From: Nitrosarchaeum sp.
Lineage (GTDB): Archaea; Thermoproteota; Nitrososphaeria; Nitrososphaerales; Nitrosopumilaceae
DNA: 64,000 nt
NCBI GenBank assembly: GCA_965223865.1
Contig: OZ245020.1
Location: 1,888,001 to 1,952,000, forward strand
Direction of reading: 5' to 3'
Position numbers and translations under genes: made by a program. How positions within the stretch are numbered: position 1 is the stretch's first letter; every line of letters begins with the position of its first letter. The notes beneath the pieces were generated by a model. That model ran no database searches. It saw nothing but the letters and a program-made list of their open reading frames with translations, and had not been told where the DNA came from. Positions 36,533-49,597 of the stretch are shown here, one piece after another.

Positions 36533-37948
36533 TTATCTTAAATCCATTTTTCTAACATCAACAAAACGGCCCTCAATTGCTGCAGCAGCCGCCATTACAG
36601 GACTAACAAGATGAGTTCTACCTCCAGTTCCTTGTCTTCCTTCAAAATTTCTATTGGAGGTACTTGCACATCTCTCACCAGGTGATAAAATATCTGGATT
36701 CATCCCAAGACACATACTACATCCAGCATCTCTCCATTCAAAATTAGCATCAATAAAGATTTTATCAAGATTCATCTCTTCGGCTTGTTTTTTTACCATT
36801 TGAGATCCGGGCACCACCATAGCTCGAACATTTGGTGAAACTTTTCTTCCTTTGACAACCTTAGATGCCTCTATAAGATCTTCTAATCTTGCATTTGTAC
36901 AAGATCCAATGAAGACTCTATCAATTTTGATATCAGTGATTGGAGTTCCAGGTTTTAAATCCATGTATTCAAGGGCTTTTTGTGCTCCCTTCTTTTGGTT
37001 TTGATCACCTTCAGAGTAATCATCAGGAGAAGGGATTGAGTCAGTAACATCACAAGTCATTCCAGGGTTTGTTCCCCAACTAACCTGAGGTGCAATATTA
37101 TCAATATGTAATGTGTATTTTTTTTCAAACTTTGCATCAGAATCTGTTTTTAAATTTTCACGCCAATATTCAACAAGAGATTCATAGTTTTTTGGAGTAT
37201 ATTTTCTATCTCGAAGATAATCAAATGTTTTTTCATCAGGTGCAATTAAACCTGCTCTTGCTCCGGCCTCAATAGACATGTTACAAATAGTCATTCGCTG
37301 CTCCATTGAAAGATCCTCAATTCCTTGACCACGATACTCTATTACTGTTCCAGTTCCACCTCCAGTTCCAATATTTTTGATAATTGATAAAATGATATCT
37401 TTTGCAGTAACAGCATGAGGATTCTTTCGTTTTCCTTCCACTCTAATTTCAAAAGGATTAGGTTTTTCTAACCACAGTGTTTGTGAAGCTAAGACATGCT
37501 CTACTTCACTTGTTCCTATTCCAAATGCTAGAGCACCAAATGCTCCATGAGTTGATGTGTGACTATCACCGCAAACAATAGTACTTCCAGGTAATGTTAT
37601 TCCTAATTGAGGTCCAATTACATGGACTATTCCTTGGTTCGGGCTTGCAATATCAAATAATTGTATTCCAAAATCTTTACAGTTTTTTTCTAGAGTTTGA
37701 ATCTGAACTGAAGACGTTTGGTCTAAAATGGGCAGACCACGATCACTTGTTGGAACATTGTGATCCATTGTAGCAATAGTAAGATCAGGTCTTCGTACCT
37801 TTCTGTTATTCATTCGTAGACCATCAAATGCTTGGGGAGATGTTACTTCATGTATTAGATGTCTATCAATGTAAATTAAAGAGGGTCCAGATTGTTTTTC
37901 TACTACAATGTGAGCATCCCATATTTTTTCAAAAAGTGTTTTTCCCAT
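36533..37948 (-). CDS. leuC: 3-isopropylmalate dehydratase large subunit (bacterial type)
   Basis: [32 protein letters not shown]. Confidence 0.95.
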   Translation of the reverse strand: MGKTLFEKIWDAHIVVEKQSGPSLIYIDRHLIHEVTSPQAFDGLRMNNRKVRRPDLTIATMDHNVPTSDRGLPILDQTSSVQIQTLEKNCKDFGIQLFDIASPNQGIVHVIGPQLGITLPGSTIVCGDSHTSTHGAFGALAFGIGTSEVEHVLASQTLWLEKPNPFEIRVEGKRKNPHAVTAKDIILSIIKNIGTGGGTGTVIEYRGQGIEDLSMEQRMTICNMSIEAGARAGLIAPDEKTFDYLRDRKYTPKNYESLVEYWRENLKTDSDAKFEKKYTLHIDNIAPQVSWGTNPGMTCDVTDSIPSPDDYSEGDQNQKKGAQKALEYMDLKPGTPITDIKIDRVFIGSCTNARLEDLIEASKVVKGRKVSPNVRAMVVPGSQMVKKQAEEMNLDKIFIDANFEWRDAGCSMCLGMNPDILSPGERCASTSNRNFEGRQGTGGRTHLVSPVMAAAAAIEGRFVDVRKMDLR

Positions 37949-37956
37949 TTTTAACC

Positions 37957-38442
37957 CTAATCTGGTTTGTAATTGAAAAGTCCACCAGCTTCAATAATTT
38001 TTCCAATAATTTCTGAAAAGGGCTTCATTTTGTATGTTTGATTTTTTGTAAGGTTTTTAATTTCATTGCTCTCAATATTGATATCAATTTCATCTCCCTC
38101 GGAGATTCCGTTATATGCATCCTCTTCAATTTCAATTGGCAACAAAAATGCCCCATCAACTGAATTTCTATAAAAAATCCTAGCAAAAGAGAGAGCTAAA
38201 ACTGCTTTTATGCCTGAATGAGACAATGCAATTGGAGCATGTTCACGAGACGAACCACAACCAAAATTTTTTCCAGACAATATAAAATCGCCTTCTTTTA
38301 CTTTTGAATGAAAATCAGGGTCCAATCCCTCCATGGCATGAGTTGCAAGTTCGGCATAATCATGAACCTTGAGATACTGACCTGGAATAATTACATCAGT
38401 GTCAATATTATCTCTAAGGTATTTTATTACGTTCCCTTTCAA
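37957..38442 (-). CDS. Isopropylmalate/homoaconitate-family dehydratase small subunit (archaeal type)
   Basis: [22 protein letters not shown]. Confidence 0.88.
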   Translation of the reverse strand: MKGNVIKYLRDNIDTDVIIPGQYLKVHDYAELATHAMEGLDPDFHSKVKEGDFILSGKNFGCGSSREHAPIALSHSGIKAVLALSFARIFYRNSVDGAFLLPIEIEEDAYNGISEGDEIDINIESNEIKNLTKNQTYKMKPFSEIIGKIIEAGGLFNYKPD

Positions 38443-39716
38443 TTCAAGTCCCTCGGATCAGTGATTTTTCCAGTTACTGCAGAAGCTGCAGCTACAAGAG
38501 GAGATGAAAGATATGTTTGGGATTCAACATGGCCCATTCTCCCTGGAAAATTTCTGTTCGTAGTACTGATACAAATTTCATCTTTTGCCAAAACGCCCAT
38601 GTGTGCACCACAGCAGGCACCACACGTCGGTGGACCTACAGTTACTCCAGCATCTAAGAAAATTTGTAGTAAACCATTTTCCATAGCTCGTTTGTAAATG
38701 GAGATTGCTGCAGGTAAAATTTCTGTTCGAATCTTTACCTTTCTTCCTTTTAGAATTTTTGCAGCCGCTTCCAGGTCTTCATATTTTGCACCAGTACAAG
38801 AGCCAATGTATGACTTGTCCAATTCTACTGATGGAGCTTCTCTTACAACTGCAATGTTTTCTGGAGAAAAAGGTTTTGCAACAAGGGGTTCTATTTCAGT
38901 TCCCTCATATTCAAAAATTTGTGCATATTCAGCATCATCATTACCGTTTATGAGAGAAATATTTGTCGCTCCTCTACTAGTAAGATAATCAACAACTTTT
39001 TGATCAGGTTCCACTATTCCATTTTTAGCCCCTGCTTCTGTTGTCATGTTACATAGTGTTAATCTACTTTCAACTGACATCTCTTCAATTCCCGTTCCAC
39101 CAAACTGCATTGTTCTATACGCTCCTCCATCAGTCCCAATATCGCCAATAATTTTTAAAATGAAATCTTTAGCCATTACATGATCTGGTAGTTTTCCATT
39201 TAACTTGAAGTATAGAGTTTCTGGAACTTTAAACCAAATCTTACCATTAAGTAAAACATAGGCAATATCAGTATGTCCCAATCCACACGCAAAAGCACCT
39301 AGAGCTCCAGTTGTGTTTGTGTGAGAGTCTCCGCCAACATAAACATCACCAGGCATAACTAATGCCTCTTCATGAGATAAAGTGTGACATATTCCATATT
39401 GACCCATACCATATTTGAAGTGTTTTATGATTCCGTAATTTTTGGTAAAATTAGAAAGTTTTACAATATTTTCAGCTGAAATTTTTTCAGCAGAGGGAAC
39501 AAAGTGATCTTCAGCAACCCAAACTTTTGATGGATCCCATAATTTTCCAACATCAATACCTTGCTTCTTTAATTTATCAAATACTTTAAGGACACCAGGA
39601 CCCGAAACATCATGAACCATGACTTTGTCAACATTTGCAAAAACAACATCATCAGGAGATACTTTTTCTTTGTTTGATGCACGTGCAAGTATCTTCTCAA
39701 CAATATTCATAATCAA
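38439..39716 (-). CDS. Isopropylmalate/homoaconitate-family dehydratase large subunit (archaeal type)
   Basis: DSHT, GSCT, CGACCG, RNFPGRMG. Confidence 0.9.
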   Translation of the reverse strand: MIMNIVEKILARASNKEKVSPDDVVFANVDKVMVHDVSGPGVLKVFDKLKKQGIDVGKLWDPSKVWVAEDHFVPSAEKISAENIVKLSNFTKNYGIIKHFKYGMGQYGICHTLSHEEALVMPGDVYVGGDSHTNTTGALGAFACGLGHTDIAYVLLNGKIWFKVPETLYFKLNGKLPDHVMAKDFILKIIGDIGTDGGAYRTMQFGGTGIEEMSVESRLTLCNMTTEAGAKNGIVEPDQKVVDYLTSRGATNISLINGNDDAEYAQIFEYEGTEIEPLVAKPFSPENIAVVREAPSVELDKSYIGSCTGAKYEDLEAAAKILKGRKVKIRTEILPAAISIYKRAMENGLLQIFLDAGVTVGPPTCGACCGAHMGVLAKDEICISTTNRNFPGRMGHVESQTYLSSPLVAAASAVTGKITDPRDLN

Positions 39717-39782
39717 AAACCCTTCTTTTACAGATTAAAAGCTTTTCAGAACAATAAAAAAGAAAAACAGTAACAAAATAGC

Positions 39783-40553
39783 ATGTCGCTTACAATTTTA
39801 CCTCTTTTATCAGAAAAAATGATGGATAAATTCGACATATTTGAAGCGCTATTAACCACATTAGAAAAAAATAATGAAGAACTTGCAGAAGGAGACATCC
39901 TAGTAATTTCAACAAAGTACATCTCGAATTCACAAGGTAGACTTGTCGATCTTGAAAAAATTAGAACATCAAAAGAAGGAATCAATATATCAAAGAGATT
40001 TAATTTAAACGCAGAAGTTGCAGAAATCATCCTAAGAGAATCAGATAAAGTGTTTGGAGGAATTTCTGGATTTGTGATTACCTCAGCAGATAACATCATA
40101 GCACCAAACGCTGGAATTGACAAATCAAATGCCAAAAAAGGAAAAGTAATTCTTTATCCAAAAGATCCCTATATTATTGCAGAGCAAATTCGTAGAAAAA
40201 TTTTCTTGAAGTTTCTGATTCATCTTGGAATAATTTTAGTAGACAGTAGATTAATGCCAGGTCGTGTTGGTACATCTGGAATTGCGGTTGCATGTGCAGG
40301 AATTGAACCAGTTCTTGATTTAAGAGGAGAAAAAGATCTGAATGGAAATTCTCTAAAGGTGACATTTCAGGCAGTAGCTGATAATATTGCAACAATTGCC
40401 AATCAAGAAATGGGAGAAGGTTCAGAATCAAAACCATTTGCTATTGTAAGAAATTCAGGTGTAAAACTTACAGATAATAAAATCAGTTCAAATCAAATGG
40501 CAATTTCACCGGATCAGTGTGTATATGTAAGAAGCCTTGCAGACAAGTACTAA
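39783..40553 (+). CDS. cofE: Coenzyme F420-0:L-glutamate ligase
   Basis: GDILVISTK, PNAGIDKSN, DS, DLRGEKDLNG, MGEG. Confidence 0.88.
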   Translation: MSLTILPLLSEKMMDKFDIFEALLTTLEKNNEELAEGDILVISTKYISNSQGRLVDLEKIRTSKEGINISKRFNLNAEVAEIILRESDKVFGGISGFVITSADNIIAPNAGIDKSNAKKGKVILYPKDPYIIAEQIRRKIFLKFLIHLGIILVDSRLMPGRVGTSGIAVACAGIEPVLDLRGEKDLNGNSLKVTFQAVADNIATIANQEMGEGSESKPFAIVRNSGVKLTDNKISSNQMAISPDQCVYVRSLADKY

Positions 40554-40609
40554 AACCTAGTAAGTACCTTTGTTCTCCTTTAAATAGAGGTTTTTTTGTT
40601 GTCAAAATA

Positions 40610-41161
40610 ATGGAGTACCTTACAACATATCCAAAGACAATTTCATTTCTTGATGGGATAAAACACAAAATTGATGTGGATAGTAAGGAAGGAGTAGAGC
40701 AATTACACATTGTGGTAAAAAAGAGTTTTGATGAATTAATGAGAATGTTTACAAATGAAGGATTTACCAAAGTCAAATTTGAACATAAACAACCAGACCA
40801 AATTGGAAATGGTTTGAACCTAAAGCTAAAGAAACCTTGGGAGATGCATGTTAGAATGGTGGATCTTAAGAAAGGATTGATTGGAATTCATGCCGAAGTA
40901 GAAGTGTCTAGAGATTATCTTCAACATCTTTTCTCTCAAAGAACCCCAGTAGTTTATGAAGTTGAAGAGATCCTAAAAAAGTACCAAATTGATTACAAAA
41001 TATGGCATGATAAAATCAAGAAAGATGTTCATACAATTTTAGATAATTATAAAGTAAAGCTTGCAACCCCAAGCATCCCAGTATTTGCATGGAAACCAAT
41101 GTTGTTTGTTATTACAACAATTGGCGCATTTTACGGCTGGAAGTATTTTAATACAATCTAA
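40610..41161 (+). CDS. Hypothetical protein with C-terminal TM anchor
   Basis: Probable ATG at 40610; PWEMHVR motif; hydrophobic C-terminus. Confidence 0.75.
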   Translation: MEYLTTYPKTISFLDGIKHKIDVDSKEGVEQLHIVVKKSFDELMRMFTNEGFTKVKFEHKQPDQIGNGLNLKLKKPWEMHVRMVDLKKGLIGIHAEVEVSRDYLQHLFSQRTPVVYEVEEILKKYQIDYKIWHDKIKKDVHTILDNYKVKLATPSIPVFAWKPMLFVITTIGAFYGWKYFNTI

Positions 41162-41185
41162 AATAAAGTATATTTTTAAAAAAAG

Positions 41186-41509
41186 CTATACTCCCAGAGT
41201 TTCTTCTTTGGTCAATTCCAAAAAAACCTTATCACCTACAGAAAGGCCCATTTCTTTGTATTCATGCATCTCTAGTTTCAGCTGAGTAACTCCACCTTGC
41301 ATACCCATTCCCATTCCAGACATCATTTTATTCAGATCTTTCATCATGTCATTCATGTTGGTAAATCCCATTACTTTTGGGCTTCCAAAAGGGGATGGAG
41401 GAGAACCAGTTCCTTCTTTAAGATCCTTGACTGAAGACAAAGAAACAACAACATAAGGTGCACCATCAGGGGCAGCATCAATGCTTCTTACAACAAATTC
41501 CTTCTTCAT
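41186..41509 (-). CDS. Hypothetical protein, arcadin-1-like
   Basis: PDG-x-x-YV hairpin, Met/Gly-rich middle, EY-x-x-MG-x-x-VGD C-terminus. Confidence 0.55.
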   Translation of the reverse strand: MKKEFVVRSIDAAPDGAPYVVVSLSSVKDLKEGTGSPPSPFGSPKVMGFTNMNDMMKDLNKMMSGMGMGMQGGVTQLKLEMHEYKEMGLSVGDKVFLELTKEETLGV

Positions 41510-41609
41510 GAATAAACTAGATACTCTTTACTTATAATTTTAATTTTCAGGTAAATTTGGAGTTGTTTTAGCCTTGAAGCTTTAATTATAATTTTACGAA
41601 ATTAAATTT

Positions 41610-42140
41610 ATGAGTGATAATCTAAAAACTTCCCTACGGTATTATGGAATTTCACCTTGGGAAATTGAAGTAATTTATGGATACCTTCACTCAAGATTCA
41701 ATATTTCTCAAGAAGAAATCGAACCAAATGATGAGAATTATGTGAGTTTTTTGGATGTGGATATTCCACTTGCTTTTAATGAAGAATTTTTCAAATGGTT
41801 CGAATATAGAAGATGGGAAAAAGTAAAAGATGTTTTCAAGGAGATGAAACGACGGCGAGGCTCAGGTAATGCCATAAAAATTCAATTGAATTTTTTTGGA
41901 AATCCAAAAATAGTGTTTGTCTTAGATAGTGAAGATAAAAGATGGTATGATAATGCCCTTGAAAAAATCGATTTTGTCTTAGAATTGTTACCATATCATT
42001 TAAACCCAGAAAAACTTCCTTCTGATATTTCTGAAATTATTTACAAATTTGATACAGAATCTGTAAGATGGCGACTAAATTCTGCCAAATCATCTGAAAA
42101 AAAATATGTCTTTAGAGGAGACACTTGGAAGCCTACTTGA
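41610..42140 (+). CDS. Hypothetical protein
   Basis: 176-aa ORF, ATG start. Confidence 0.75.
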   Translation: MSDNLKTSLRYYGISPWEIEVIYGYLHSRFNISQEEIEPNDENYVSFLDVDIPLAFNEEFFKWFEYRRWEKVKDVFKEMKRRRGSGNAIKIQLNFFGNPKIVFVLDSEDKRWYDNALEKIDFVLELLPYHLNPEKLPSDISEIIYKFDTESVRWRLNSAKSSEKKYVFRGDTWKPT

Positions 42141-42573
42141 GATCCTTCTGTATCGGTTCAAGTAAGGTATGAAGTTCTTTGTATTTTGATTCAAGAAACT
42201 CTAATGCATCATCCAGTTTTTTTGATTTTCCATACTTGTATCGAATTAATTCACGATGGTGCCAAAATGTTTTTCCATTTTCACCTGAAACTGTTGTAAA
42301 ATAATCAGTTCCCTTTAGAGTATCAGGTAATTTAATATCATAGGGAAAAAGCATTTCAACAATAAACCATTCATCACCGTCAGGATAATCAGCACCAGTT
42401 TCAACATCAAAAAACACGTGAAGTAAGTCTGATTGCATTAAACCATCATCAGTAATTGAAGGATGTCTTATTGCAGATTTTTTAAAGTCTAGATTTACAA
42501 GTTGAGGTTCAAAAAAACCCTTAATGATGGATTTTCGAAATATCTTATTTGACTCTGTAATGTTCACTAGCAA
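42133..42573 (-). CDS. Hypothetical protein
   Basis: 146-aa ORF. Confidence 0.75.
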   Translation of the reverse strand: MLVNITESNKIFRKSIIKGFFEPQLVNLDFKKSAIRHPSITDDGLMQSDLLHVFFDVETGADYPDGDEWFIVEMLFPYDIKLPDTLKGTDYFTTVSGENGKTFWHHRELIRYKYGKSKKLDDALEFLESKYKELHTLLEPIQKDLK

Positions 42574-42621
42574 GAGGATCTAAAAATAAACCAGACTATA
42601 ACTTATCTGGTTTTGGAGATT

Positions 42622-45484
<2,863 letters not shown>

Positions 45485-45534
45485 AAACAAATCTCCATTT
45501 CTTTGAATATTAATAACATGATGGATAAATTCTG

Positions 45535-45681
45535 TTAACCACCAGTAGCTGCATCAAATAATGCACATTCACATTTATCACGTTCACCACAATAAGGGCA
45601 TACACAAACACATTTCTCAATAGAATTTCCACATTCTACACAAATTGCAAACTCTTCTTCCTCTTTAGTTTCAGAAGACAT
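45535..45681 (-). CDS. 48-aa Cys-rich microprotein ending in Gly-Gly
   Basis: MSSETKEEEEFAICVECGNSIEKCVCVCPYCGERDKCECALFDAATGG*; 8 Cys. Confidence 0.75.
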   Translation of the reverse strand: MSSETKEEEEFAICVECGNSIEKCVCVCPYCGERDKCECALFDAATGG

Positions 45682-45733
45682 GTTTAGTCTAAAAAGAAAT
45701 CGTATAAATGGTTTGAGACAAATCTCACATTAA

Positions 45734-46702
45734 ATGAAGAAACGAGTTTTTTTAACAAGACAACTTCATGATTTTGCATTAAAAGAATTAAGGAAAAAAT
45801 ATCAGATTGAAATTCATGCAGGTAAAATTCCCATTCCTAAATCAAAATTGAGATCGAAGATTAAACAAATTGAAGGATTGATTTGTTTTCCATATGATAA
45901 AATCGATAAAGAATTAATTGATTTGGCAGAAAATCTCAAAGTTATCAGTACGTATAGTGTGGGTTTTGATCATATTGACATTAATTATGCAAAGAAAAAT
46001 AAAATTCGTGTGGGGTATACTCCCGAAGTTTTAACTGATGCCACAGCAGATCTTGCCTTTTCACTAATGATTGATGTATTACGAAGAGTATCTGAAGGAG
46101 ATAGAATTATTCGTTCTGGAAAATGGACTGAGATTTATGGTGCCTATGATTATGTGGGATTAGATTTACAAGGTAAAACACTTGGTATTTTTGGATTGGG
46201 TAGAATTGGTAGAACCCTTGCAAAACGAGCCAAAGCATTCGATATGAAAATTATTTATAATAATAGAAAACCAATTTCTAAGTCTAAGGAAAAATCTCTT
46301 GGTGTAAATTATGTTTCGTTTAACAAATTAATTTCTCAAAGTGACATAATTTCAATTCATGTTCCACATACAAAAGATACGGACATGTTATTTGACAAAA
46401 AAATATTCAGTAAGATGAAAAATTCAGCATTTTTAGTAAATACTGCACGTGGAAAGATAGTCAACGAAAAGGATCTAGTTATAGCACTAAGGAAAAAAAC
46501 TATTGCAGGTGCAGGATTAGATGTTTTTCAAATCGAACCGATTGGAAAGAAACATCCTTTTACACAAATACAAAATATTGTTTTGGCGCCTCATATTGGA
46601 AGTTCCACAAAAGAGACTAGAGCAAAAATGGCAGAGATCACTATAAGAAATTTAGCACTTGGAATTAATGGAAAAAAGCCAGCCTACTCAGTGGGATATT
46701 GA
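45734..46702 (+). CDS. D-isomer 2-hydroxyacid dehydrogenase (glyoxylate/glycerate type)
   Basis: SVGFDHID, GLGRIG, NTARG, LDVF, PHIGS. Confidence 0.92.
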   Translation: MKKRVFLTRQLHDFALKELRKKYQIEIHAGKIPIPKSKLRSKIKQIEGLICFPYDKIDKELIDLAENLKVISTYSVGFDHIDINYAKKNKIRVGYTPEVLTDATADLAFSLMIDVLRRVSEGDRIIRSGKWTEIYGAYDYVGLDLQGKTLGIFGLGRIGRTLAKRAKAFDMKIIYNNRKPISKSKEKSLGVNYVSFNKLISQSDIISIHVPHTKDTDMLFDKKIFSKMKNSAFLVNTARGKIVNEKDLVIALRKKTIAGAGLDVFQIEPIGKKHPFTQIQNIVLAPHIGSSTKETRAKMAEITIRNLALGINGKKPAYSVGY

Positions 46703-46730
46703 TTTGAAAATAGGCACGGCTTTGACGAGA

Positions 46731-46748
46731 AAAAACTGCGCAGTTTTT
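46731..46748. promoter_or_regulatory. Perfect 18-bp palindrome overlapping a TATA-like box
   Basis: AAAAACTGCGCAGTTTTT running into TTTATAT. Confidence 0.4.
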
Positions 46749-46900
46749 ATATCTAATTTGTTGACTATCAACAGATTGAAAAAATTCAAACATACTAATG
46801 AAGAATTAGAATTAGCTAAACTACAATCTGAAAAAGAAAAGAAGAAAAAACAATTAGATCAATGAAATTTTTCTACTTGTCTTTTTCAGACAAGGTTTTT

Positions 46901-47275
46901 TTAAAATTCGATTTTTGAACCAAATTTTTGATTTAATTCGTTATAGATTTTCTGTCTTTCTAAATTGAGGTTTTTATTTTCATCATACATTTTGGTAAAA
47001 AATGCACCTAACACTCTCTCACCTTTTTCATCATAGAATCTAATACTATAACTTGTTCGATCTGGTTTTTCTTCTCTGACAAATTTGCATGATTTTATCG
47101 ATTCAGAATCAACATGCATGTGTGCAGGTCCATCGTTTTCGCCAATTGTTATCCATTTTTCCTTTTTTCTCATACTAAGAGAGTTGCTTCTAATTTCACT
47201 GACGGCAGCGTTGTTTCTTACAATTAGCAAGACATTATCGATTTTTATAACATCCGATAAAATATCAAACAGCAC
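46901..47275 (-). CDS. ChuX/HutX-like heme-utilisation family protein
   Basis: V-x-N-x-x-AVSE, HMH, SYSIRF-x-D-x-x-GE pattern. Confidence 0.65.
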   Translation of the reverse strand: MLFDILSDVIKIDNVLLIVRNNAAVSEIRSNSLSMRKKEKWITIGENDGPAHMHVDSESIKSCKFVREEKPDRTSYSIRFYDEKGERVLGAFFTKMYDENKNLNLERQKIYNELNQKFGSKIEF

Positions 47276-47307
47276 TAAGAAGATTAAAGCATGAAATTAT
47301 TTCAATT

Positions 47308-47580
47308 TTATTGATTTGAGTCTAATTGAATAAAATCATCTGAATCACCATGAATGCAATCCGTTCCTACTGCTTTTAATGGTGAAAAACTAATCTTTCC
47401 ATTTGGAATTTTTCCTTTACCCTGAAGAATTTGGATTTTACCAGAAACAATCTGTTTATGTTTAGTACATGTAACTCCTACCATATATTCATCTTTGTCA
47501 ACTACCACCGAGACTATAAATTCTGGTGGATTAACGCATTGCTTTGCATCTTCCATAACTGAACATTTGTCTGGTAACAC
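47308..47580 (-). CDS. Hypothetical protein, possible zinc binder
   Basis: C...C...CTKH pattern. Confidence 0.7.
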   Translation of the reverse strand: MLPDKCSVMEDAKQCVNPPEFIVSVVVDKDEYMVGVTCTKHKQIVSGKIQILQGKGKIPNGKISFSPLKAVGTDCIHGDSDDFIQLDSNQ

Positions 47581-47666
47581 AGATTGAACTAAATTTTTAT
47601 TCGATATTAACCTTGATTGTTACATATTCAATTTAATATTGATTAATACAAGATAAGATTGAACTC

Positions 47667-48977
47667 TTGGCACATAATTTTGATGTTATAATTATTGGAG
47701 GTGGAATTCTTGGTACTTCGATCTCATATTTCTTATCATTTCTAAATAAATCAAAAGAGATAGCAGTAGTAGAACAAGCTCATAGTGTAGCATTTCATAC
47801 TAGTGGAAGAAATACCGGAAAAGTCCATGCGCCATATTTGTACAACCCCGAGAAGAAAAAATTGTTTGCAAAGGCAGCATTTCATGGATACGAAATGTGG
47901 GAAGAGTATTCCAAATTAAGAGATCTGCCTTTTAAAAAAGATGGAGTTATCGAGGTTGCCTTGGATAAAAAAGGAATCAAGGTTCTTGAAAAATATCTCA
48001 AATGGGGCAAACAAAATGGACTAGAAGAAAAAGATATCGAGCTTATATGTAGTGAAGAACTAAAAAAAATAGAACCTGAAATAAACTGTGAGGCAGCTCT
48101 TAATGTGTACAGAGATGGTTCAGCAGATTACTCGGCATTTACCGGCTCTATTATGAAAGACAGTAAAGAAAATGGTACAAATTTTCTTTTAGATACCAAA
48201 GTGACTAATATTAAAAAAGAAAAAGACCAGTGGAAGATAATATTAAATGATGAACATGAAATTTTTGCAAAATTTCTAATAAATGCTGCAGGAGGAGAAG
48301 CTGTAGATATTGCACATAATGCAGAAGTTGCAAAAAACTTTACAGATGTACATTTTAGAGGAGAATATTGGAAGGCACCAAAGGAATACTACAACTTGAC
48401 AAAAACAAGTGTGTATTCTGTTCCTGATTTTCCTGATTATCCATTTTTAGATCCACATTGGATTATCAGAGTGGATGGGAGCTGTGAGATTGGTCCAAAT
48501 GCTGTTCCTGTTTTTAGTCCATACGGATACAACAAAGCAGAAAATGTCAAGGAGTTCATTCCAAAGATACTTGAAATGCTTGGTTCTGGCGCAAGAAAAA
48601 CAATTTTTGATAAACAATTTCAAGAGCTAGCAATGAATGAAATACAATCATCAATGTCAAAATCTGCAATGATTGACAGAGTAAAAAGATTCTTGCCAAA
48701 AATAGAAGCAGATAAAATTACAGAGAAAGGAACTGCAGGAATAAGGTCGTCTGTTATTGATGAGAATGGAAAATTTGTTCCAGATGTAATTTTAGTCGAT
48801 AATGAAGCATCATTTCATATTCTAAATTACAATTCACCTGGGGCCACAGGTGCATTACCGTTCTCAGCCCACATTATAAACCACCTAAACGAATCAGGAC
48901 TACTTCATAGTGAAGATCTGGATGCACAGTGTGGTCCATGGAGATTCAGTGAGATTATAGAAAAATTAGAAGGATAA
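47667..48977 (+). CDS. FAD-dependent oxidoreductase (L-2-hydroxyglutarate oxidase-like)
   Basis: GGGILG, HTSGRNTG, FRGEY, GPNA, AGIR, SPGAT. Confidence 0.85.
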   Translation: MAHNFDVIIIGGGILGTSISYFLSFLNKSKEIAVVEQAHSVAFHTSGRNTGKVHAPYLYNPEKKKLFAKAAFHGYEMWEEYSKLRDLPFKKDGVIEVALDKKGIKVLEKYLKWGKQNGLEEKDIELICSEELKKIEPEINCEAALNVYRDGSADYSAFTGSIMKDSKENGTNFLLDTKVTNIKKEKDQWKIILNDEHEIFAKFLINAAGGEAVDIAHNAEVAKNFTDVHFRGEYWKAPKEYYNLTKTSVYSVPDFPDYPFLDPHWIIRVDGSCEIGPNAVPVFSPYGYNKAENVKEFIPKILEMLGSGARKTIFDKQFQELAMNEIQSSMSKSAMIDRVKRFLPKIEADKITEKGTAGIRSSVIDENGKFVPDVILVDNEASFHILNYNSPGATGALPFSAHIINHLNESGLLHSEDLDAQCGPWRFSEIIEKLEG

Positions 48978-48978
48978 A

Positions 48979-49078
48979 TGGCGCCGGGAGGGAGATTTGA
49001 ACTCCCGTTCCCTTGCGAGAACGCGCTTTATGGTAACTATTTCCAGGCGCGCGCCCTACCAGGCTAGGCGACCCCGGC
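48979..49078 (-). tRNA. tRNA-Ser(GGA) with 13-nt intron at 37/38 (49028-49040) and encoded CCA
   Basis: Acceptor GCCGGGG/TCCCGGC; CGCGC-CTGGAA[ATAGTTACCATAA]A-GCGCG; long variable arm; GGGAG-TTCAAAT-CTCCC. Confidence 0.93.
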
Positions 49079-49141
49079 ATATGTCTTACGACAAATTAAT
49101 TCGGGAAAATTTGATTATATATTATGTTAGAAACAAAGAAA

Positions 49142-49588
49142 CTACTTCCAAATATTTATGGTAATAGATTTTTCTACTTTGTTATCTTTATCATCTAATC
49201 CTTTGGCATGAATTTTGTACAAGCCCTCCAAAGCTGGCTCTCCATCATTTTTAATTTGATCCCAGATAAATTCAATCTCTTCTTTTGGTTCTAATTTTGA
49301 AATAACTTGAACTAAATTTGGAGAGTACATTAACATTCCAGAAAGACCAGTAACCCGTAGTCCATATGAAGCATCTGAAAAAGTCAAAGGTATTGTCCCT
49401 GAATTAATAATTCTTATTTTAATTTCTTCTCCTTTTTTAAAATCAGATTTCTCAGTAACAACTGATAGAGAAGGGCCTTCAACATAGACAAGATGACTAG
49501 TGTTTTTTACATCAAGAAGATAAATCCCAAACAATAATCCTGCCAAAATACCTACACATACAAAGATCACAAGGCTTTTTGCAAACAT
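49142..49588 (-). CDS. Membrane-anchored Ig-like hypothetical protein
   Basis: N-terminal TM; TEKSDFKKGE...WDQ...G-x-Y pattern. Confidence 0.7.
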   Translation of the reverse strand: MFAKSLVIFVCVGILAGLLFGIYLLDVKNTSHLVYVEGPSLSVVTEKSDFKKGEEIKIRIINSGTIPLTFSDASYGLRVTGLSGMLMYSPNLVQVISKLEPKEEIEFIWDQIKNDGEPALEGLYKIHAKGLDDKDNKVEKSITINIWK

Positions 49589-49597
49589 TTTCTAGAG

